Below, piece by piece: positions 56,189-64,000 of a stretch of DNA of 64,000 nucleotides. The translations under genes were made by a program, and so were the position numbers. The notes under the pieces are model-generated. The model did not search any database. It saw only the letters and a program-made list of their open reading frames with translations, and was not told the origin of the DNA. The stretch is from Octopus vulgaris (lineage: Eukaryota), in contig OX597819.1 of NCBI GenBank assembly GCA_951406725.2, positions 25,854,001 through 25,918,000 of the forward strand, in the 5' to 3' direction. Numbering within the stretch: position 1 is the stretch's first letter; every line of letters begins with the position of its first letter.

Positions 56189-56442
56189 ACACATGGAATT
56201 TTTTCTCTCTTTCTCACTCTTACTAATTTACCTCCTCTTCTCCCACTATTCTATCCTATTATTCGGTAACTCTCTCTCCCTCCATCCTCCTCCCTTGCTC
56301 ACATGGCTCCCACGTGACTATCAGCCATCTGTCTTTGTCTTCCATTTGTGTCTTTCGTTGTTTGAAAATATGGTTCATATTCATGTACTCGTACTTCGTA
56401 TTTTTTTGCTGTACACGTTTTATAACGTCCTATGCCTACATA

Positions 56443-56534
<92 letters not shown>

Positions 56535-56672
56535 CACGCACACACATATATGTATATAAATTTACATATATGTTTGTGCACATGCATACACGTCGAAGCG
56601 CATAAATTATACATACTTTTAAATCCTTACGTGTATCTAAATAATATATATATGTATATATATATATATACT

Positions 56673-56715
<43 letters not shown>

Positions 56716-58544
56716 TATATGTTGTTCAGAAAAAGTAAAGGAGAAAAGCCACAAACACATACTTAATTAGCTCGTATATTCTTTGTAAATGCATTTTGAA
56801 GCATGTTCACACAAGATATACTTAACTAATATGTGAAATGATGCATGTGTTTCAAGTTGATACCTGAATCTCTATTAATACTTGAGACCCACTTACTCTG
56901 GCAACTTTTATGAGGTGTATTGGACACGTTTGAACAAGCGTTCTATGTCCTTTTCATCTTGATACTACTCAAAATATCTTAGATCTATTTCTAGTTCAAT
57001 CATCTGATACGTTCGATGGGAACAGAAGCTGACATATACAGCCGTGTGGAAATCAGATTATGCCAATCTCACAATAAGATTATTGGCATTCATTCACTGG
57101 TTACAAGCGAACTGCGAAACTGGATTACTGAATCTCTCCTTTGGAGATGCTTTCCTTCGTTTGTACTGCATTCTTTCTTTATGTCAGCAAGTTAAACAGT
57201 TTAGTCATACGGTAGCTCCTTTTTGATGTGCGTAGCTTTTCTCTGCATGTTGCAGTGTTCATTATAACGGTAAACACGCAATAATTTAACTTCGCTCAAT
57301 GTCATTTAGCCATATTCCTTCGATGTGATATATCTTTCCAGCTGTGAAGGATCTTTATTTACACGTACGTACACGCGCACATGCACACGTACAGACACGG
57401 ATTTTGTATATCTATGTATATTCTATTCACCTATACATACATCTGTACATATATGCATGTGTGTGACTGTGTGTGCGTATATATATATGTATGTGTGTGT
57501 GCGTGTGTAAGTATATTACGAATATTATATGCATATATTTTAAACGTATATCTATTTGTATAATATGCACATATGCATATATGCAAACATACATATATAT
57601 GAATATATATATACATAATGCATGCATATTTACATGCCTGTGTGTGTCCGTGTGTTTGTCTGTTTGTGTGTGCGCGTGCGTGTGTGCGTGTGCGTGTGTG
57701 TGTATGTTTGTGTGTGTGTGTGTGTGCGTCTGTTTGTGTGTGTGTGTCTATGTTATTGTAATCAAAAATCCGTAAAGCGAACGTGTCTTTTATCTCCAAA
57801 GAAATATTATTGCACTTTCTCTAAACAGCACTGATTGTGCTACAAAGATGTTCATAGAATTCTATATCTTATTTCTTTCATCACAGAAGCCTGATGTTAA
57901 TTTGTTTGAATTCCACTAGTAATAAGCATTCACAGTTTTTTAACTCAATTTCCAGTATTGTCCATATTCTTCCTAACTCCAAAATTATTTAGTTAACTAA
58001 ACCTATCTAATAACCATTAATAGAAGTGCATATGCTATTACAAAGCCCGCTATGTATGATAAAACACTATTCTAAATGTTTTAATGTCGAACATTAACAA
58101 ATTCCTCTGTCAGTTCTTTACTCGGCAGATACCAGAACAAGTAACACAATAATACGAGAACTTAAGTTCTCTGTCACCATTCATTGAACAACTTATCTAT
58201 CACAAAGAAAGCAGCACGAGCCAGCTAGCACAGGAGTGGTGGTGGTGGTGGTGGTAGTAGTAGTAGTAGAACAATATGTTTTCGCGTTCATGCTAACTGC
58301 AGTACAGTAAAAGAAATAAAAATGCGTTAAGCGCTCCCATATCTTATTCTCTAGTGTCTCGAAAAATAGATTAGATTTCTGATAAACACCACTCATTACG
58401 TTCATTAATAAAGCTGCACAATTTAGTCATTTTTTTTTTTTATCTGAGAAATTCTAATTCTTCTATTTTCATTGGTCAATTCAATTACATCGAGCGTATT
58501 TTCCAGTCAGAACACCTTTACACACACACACACGCACACACATG

Positions 58545-58604
<60 letters not shown>

Positions 58605-59269
58605 TGCAAGTATGTGTGCATGCATGTGTGTATATATGTGTGTGTGTATTCTTCAACATAGAATTTATCATTTACACACGGAAAATACTATGTATTCATT
58701 AAAACTTTTTACTAAAAGCGTAGCTTTCACCACACCTGCATTCATCACAAACTCTATCACCATCACCATTACGATCTTCTTCTTCGTGAAATATTGATCG
58801 GGAAATTATTCAGCACGCCCTGAGGGTTCAACACTTCTCTGAAAAAGTAGAGGCTGCCAACTAAAAAGAATGAGAGCGTATCTTGGGATTATATGAAGTC
58901 GTGTTGTGATAAATGGAACGGGCCTACAGAGATAGATATCATCAAATGAAACATAGTAAAGGTATAAAGAAAAAAATATAATTATAGAGTGAAAGAAAGA
59001 CAGGCTGAGAGGTTGGGAGAGAGATGGAGACTATTCGGTTTTCTGAGAGGAATAGAAGTTGTTTAAGAGATAACGTATTACTCTTTTAGCTGAAAAATGC
59101 AAAAGTATTTCTATAGTATCGTTTCGTTATACAAGTTAAAATAAATTCCTTTATGCTACGTCAAGAACAAATGGCCTTCTAAGATTGATTACCCATCCAC
59201 ACACAAATACAATTGTATACATGGTTTATATATATATATAGATATATAAATGAGTTCTAGTCGTTCCAC

Positions 59270-59640
59270 GCTGGATGTGACTCTGATAATGCATATTTTG
59301 GAGGAGACACATTGTTTAATAAAGTGAAGCTTTTGTATAGTCACGGTTTTCCGTAGGCAACTGAATATAGTGTTCTTCAGCGTCTTGCTAGCCTGGCTAG
59401 GGCTCACGTTGTAACGTTTATATATTTGTTTTGCAATATTCTTGATGTGAAATTGTGTGTTGAAACAGATATTATTGAATTTAGGGATGGTCATGTTGCC
59501 AGTTTAGCCAATAAAATCACACGCACTATATATTCGGTGTTAATTTGCTTCAACTTTATTATTTTTCTTACATTAATCCTATTTCGGCCAGAGTTCTTTC
59601 ATCACACTTCTGTGATCTCATCAGTGGTCCTTTGCTTTCT
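59270..59640 (-). mobile_element. Possible 5' region of a Penelope-like element (HHR-like motif, then ORF start)
   Basis: Minus: CTGATGA GATCACAGA...TCTGGCC GAAA at ~59571-59630, followed by ORF 59189-59494 with LHFIKQC, which is reminiscent of PLE N-termini. Confidence 0.35.
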
Positions 59641-59706
59641 TTCTTATTTGTGTGTCTTTCCTTATTAATGATCAGCCATTTTGTCTTATATATATGTATA
59701 TTTATA

Positions 59707-59762
<56 letters not shown>

Positions 59763-61444
59763 CTATGTGTGTGATATTTAATTCTCGATGCTGTGACTAT
59801 ATCAACTGAATTATAGAACTACGATCTAATCTGCTTTTTAATTCTGTGGACAGCCTTTCAAAACAAGTTTAATATTGAAAGAACAACATATTTAAGAAAT
59901 GAAGAATTGGAGAGAGTGCAAGAGAAAGAGAAAAAGAAAGAGAAAAACAAACAGAAAATAAGTGATCTTTATATATTTGTACAAGTTTCATTCTCTATTA
60001 TTTTTCGTTATTCAAATTAGGTTGCCTGTAAATATTCCCGTATACGACTATGTTTGGGGTTACAATACACATCATCAGAGACACAGTCTAAGCATACGTG
60101 CATATACACACAAGAACACACGCGAACAGAGACATACGCATATTAACACAACTGTATTTAATTCTATAATTATGTTGTGTTGTGAAGTATCAGTGTAATC
60201 AAGGTAGTTAATTGGAATATAACTCAATGTAATTAAATTCTTTTTACGCATCCAGTTGCAGCGATCTTTTAAAATTCACTATTCTCTGGACGATGTCTCA
60301 TTTCACTTTGAATTGAGCATACACACACTATACTATTGTATGCGAGAGTTTGCATATCAGAAACAAACGTGTATGTATTTAGCTGAAACTCTGTTTAATT
60401 TAATGATGTGTATGTTAACGTATTCAGCATCACATGGCTTTCATGGATTAAATCGCCCAACGTTTTACATAGTTTACAATAAATAATTTTCTTGTCCTTT
60501 CAGCACAATGAATATCATTTTTGAGTGAGTCAGAATGATCATATTTTATTTAGAATTTTGGAAATTTTTGAAGAATATAGAAAAACTTTCAAAGAAAAAT
60601 AAAATCAAAACATTGTCAACAAGGGGAATTTACAAACGATGTTTTAATTGCATGATTAAATTTAATCATATATCTTTGAAGCTAATTTGTTTTTTATTCG
60701 ATTTCTGAGAGTGTGAATGCATACCTCCATCCATACTTATATTCACAGACACGCACACAAACTCACATACATATATACATACATACATACATACATACAT
60801 ACATACATACATACATACATACACATACATACGTATATCTAGTAGACATCTTGTTACATAATTATTTGAGAATGTCGCAATACGACAATATATAATTAGA
60901 AAAGGAATAGCAAAAAGAAAGTTTAATTCTTTTTCATTATATATTTTAACGTATCTTCGTACGACGCTCTCAGCATAGGCGGATAATGGAATGTAATCCT
61001 GAGATGTGCAAAGAATTCGAGCGGGAAGATTTGTAAAGTGTCTTGGCTTGTAGTGATATATTCGGCAATTCAAGTGGAAGAAATATTGTCTGCTACTCAC
61101 GATCATTTTCAAATTTTAATGAGAGTGACAACGTAAAATGTCAAAATTCTCGATGTTGAGAACTATGGCAATGATTGTAAATGTATTAGTCCAGGTTACG
61201 GCAATTTTGGTGATGTTAAATTCTTCTTGACAAACAGTATAGAACAGGGCGTTTTTAAAAAAGATTTATGCTATTATGTAGGTGTGGTACGGTAACAGCA
61301 TTTACAACATATGGGTAACTGGTGCAATTTAGGTGGTACACTGTGTAAGTCCGTACGGTGAACCTGTCGTTGATGGCTCAGTTTGATCATAAATTGTTCA
61401 TCTCCGGGTTTGACTGTTAAATAGACATTTTATCGTATAGGTCC

Positions 61445-61497
<53 letters not shown>

Positions 61498-61734
61498 ATA
61501 CAGTCGAGTACCAGATTATCTACGCAATTTCAGCTGATTATAATCGAGATTGCTCCAATCTGGCCAGCCTCAAGGAAAAACTAAGCTAAGAACATTAGAT
61601 TCCTTGAGAGAAAGAAGCAAATGTATACGAAAACATGACCCGTCCCTGTTTTCTTTGTATCGTCTATCTGGATGTTTTGTTGTCCCATTTTTGTATCACC
61701 TAATAGTCCGGATGTTTTGCGTTCTTGTATTTTG

Positions 61735-61821
<87 letters not shown>

Positions 61822-62317
61822 GCGGCGTACGTACTCTATGGTTTCTTATATGTAAGTATACGTTTTTCTAAACCTTATACAACTGTCTATCAGCCCTTTG
61901 ACACTTATTCGTTCATTCCACTCTTCGTTCTTTCGTTCCCCCTCTCTCACATTTACTTGCCTTCTCTTCTTACTCACTTTCTCTCCACTTTTCACTTCAC
62001 TGCGTCCCTGTCATTTTTTTCGACCCTCCTTAATTATTCTGTTCCTCTGCCTCTACCTCTCTCTCTCTTCTCTTCCCACGTGACCCGCGTTCGCCCAAAC
62101 CTGATCTTCCTTTCTTGGCCGGCCGTCGTCCGTGCAACATCGATATTCCTCCCTGTTCCTGTGAAATCTTGTATCCCTGCTGTCAAGCTTTATTTCCACA
62201 CACGCCAGATTAATTTAATTCGTCCTTAGTCGAATGACACCTATTATTATGTCCTGTTACACAAATGCAATAAAAATAATAATAACAGAGTGCCACTGCG
62301 TGGTACTGCATCAGGGC

Positions 62318-62495
<178 letters not shown>

Positions 62496-64000
62496 ATATA
62501 TTCGTAGATATAGATATACAGATAGAAACGTTTATTTATATACAAAGGCTGATATACTTATATATTTAGAGTTATATGTGTATCCACTAACGAAATAATA
62601 TAAGTGATAATGCGCTTATTTAACATCAAGCATTTTTATCCTATTAGTATTGCACAATAATATGAATGTCCGTGATTAACCATTTATGGAATAGGAAAGA
62701 TGTTAAAGGATATGTTACAACGGATGTAGGTCTTGTTTGGAATCTGAATTGCAAAACTGGCGGTTACCTTATCCCACCTTTATTTAATAGAATCTAATGT
62801 ACAAAGACCTTAGTGACTGAGTTTGATTACCACCTCATTATTGTGGAATATCACACTTGAAAGCCGAATTTTCATTGACTCCAGCAGCATTATCAACACA
62901 TTCTCCATTCACCTGTGCATGTGTTTGTGGATTTTACAATGCTTCACTCCGACTATGAGTAAAATCTATGAAAACATTTTTGTGTTTCTACACATATTCA
63001 GCTAATAAGCTGAACGCAACAATATTAGATATTAAAAAAGAGCATACGTCCATTAAAACATATCTTCAAAAAAGATATGTCAGTAGATCCAATCAATTCT
63101 TTATTTCTTTCCCTATAATTAACCTACATATACATATAATATTATTGACAAGGCATTTACCATATAACAGGAAAATATTATCTTTCCTACCATTACATAT
63201 TAATAATAGTATTTTATTAGTTTCTCTTTTAGTCATACTAGCTTATTGTGCATTATTAATATCTTTTTATATTAATAGGCTTTGAATTTACGAGCAATGA
63301 ATGATTATATGTAAGTATCTTTTGTGTGGGTACCTAGTGAGTGTTTTATATAATGGTTATCAATTATTCAGGTTAAGTGCGCGATCCTGTACCACTGACT
63401 CAATGCTTGAGGGCATACTAAACTGAAATTATTGGCTATTGGTATTTTCTGTTCTTCATTGAGTAGGGTGTAACATTGGTCTGTAGTTAGCAGAAACTTA
63501 CTCAACTTCAATTTTTTAGACCTTGCAATGCCTAAGTCTGGCTTGGATTGGAAGAGCGCTAATGCTTGGTGATATACATTTCAAATATCTTGTGATATTT
63601 ACAGAAGCAGCGTGAATGGCTGAAGATTTGACAGTCGATAATTAGATATTAGAAGGTCAATCCAGTGGACGGGAGCTCTCATCAGCGAGCGGGGTCGGGT
63701 CTCCGTAGAACCACCGAGAGTAAGCCGTCGAAACGGTGCACATTCTCTTGTGATAAATCCTGAAGCATACAGGCGTCGGGTATAGAGAGCTTTCGATCCA
63801 CGGGCACTTGCAAGTCTCCAAAACTATGTAGGAGGGAAGATTTTCTAGGTTGGAAGAATAGTCTAGTCATATGTGCTGAGCCTAAAAAAGTGAAAACTTG
63901 GGCTGAGATATAAAAATATTATTTCAACCACCTGCAGTTAGCGTCGAACATTATTTTATGTAAGGTCTCTATTATATTTATTTTCTTTGTATTGCTATTG

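Noticed and set aside
63480-63890. GC-richer block with short ORFs
   Set aside because: Stops interrupt the frames examined and no motif was recognised; probably an old retroelement fragment.

Overview
AT-rich, microsatellite-saturated animal genomic DNA, intronic or intergenic. The tRNA-derived SINE families and repeat landscape resemble Octopus/coleoid cephalopod DNA (an inference, not a database result). No host protein-coding exon can be supported, and nearly all listed ORFs are microsatellite or SINE artefacts. The window holds many tRNA-headed SINEs, Tc1/mariner remnants, non-autonomous Helitrons, a family of GG-terminal MITEs with 8-bp TSDs carrying (TTAGGG)n, a LINE 3' fragment and several Penelope-like element (PLE) fragments. 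One PLE forms a ~2.5-kb palindrome encoding a GIY-YIG endonuclease. The main signal is a dense set of about ten type-I hammerhead ribozyme (HHR) motifs from several unrelated repeat families. Most have minimal palindromic stem III, and some have covarying core bases (U3:A8, possibly G3:C8). They sit in repeats that tend to lie in or beside simple-repeat tracts, often as inverted pairs. One is a tRNA/Pol III-headed SINE-like element whose tail is a hammerhead, present as a head-to-head pair (31170-32372). This is a candidate Penelope-mobilised ribozyme-SINE/retrozyme system. Motifs and identities were read by eye and need computational confirmation.
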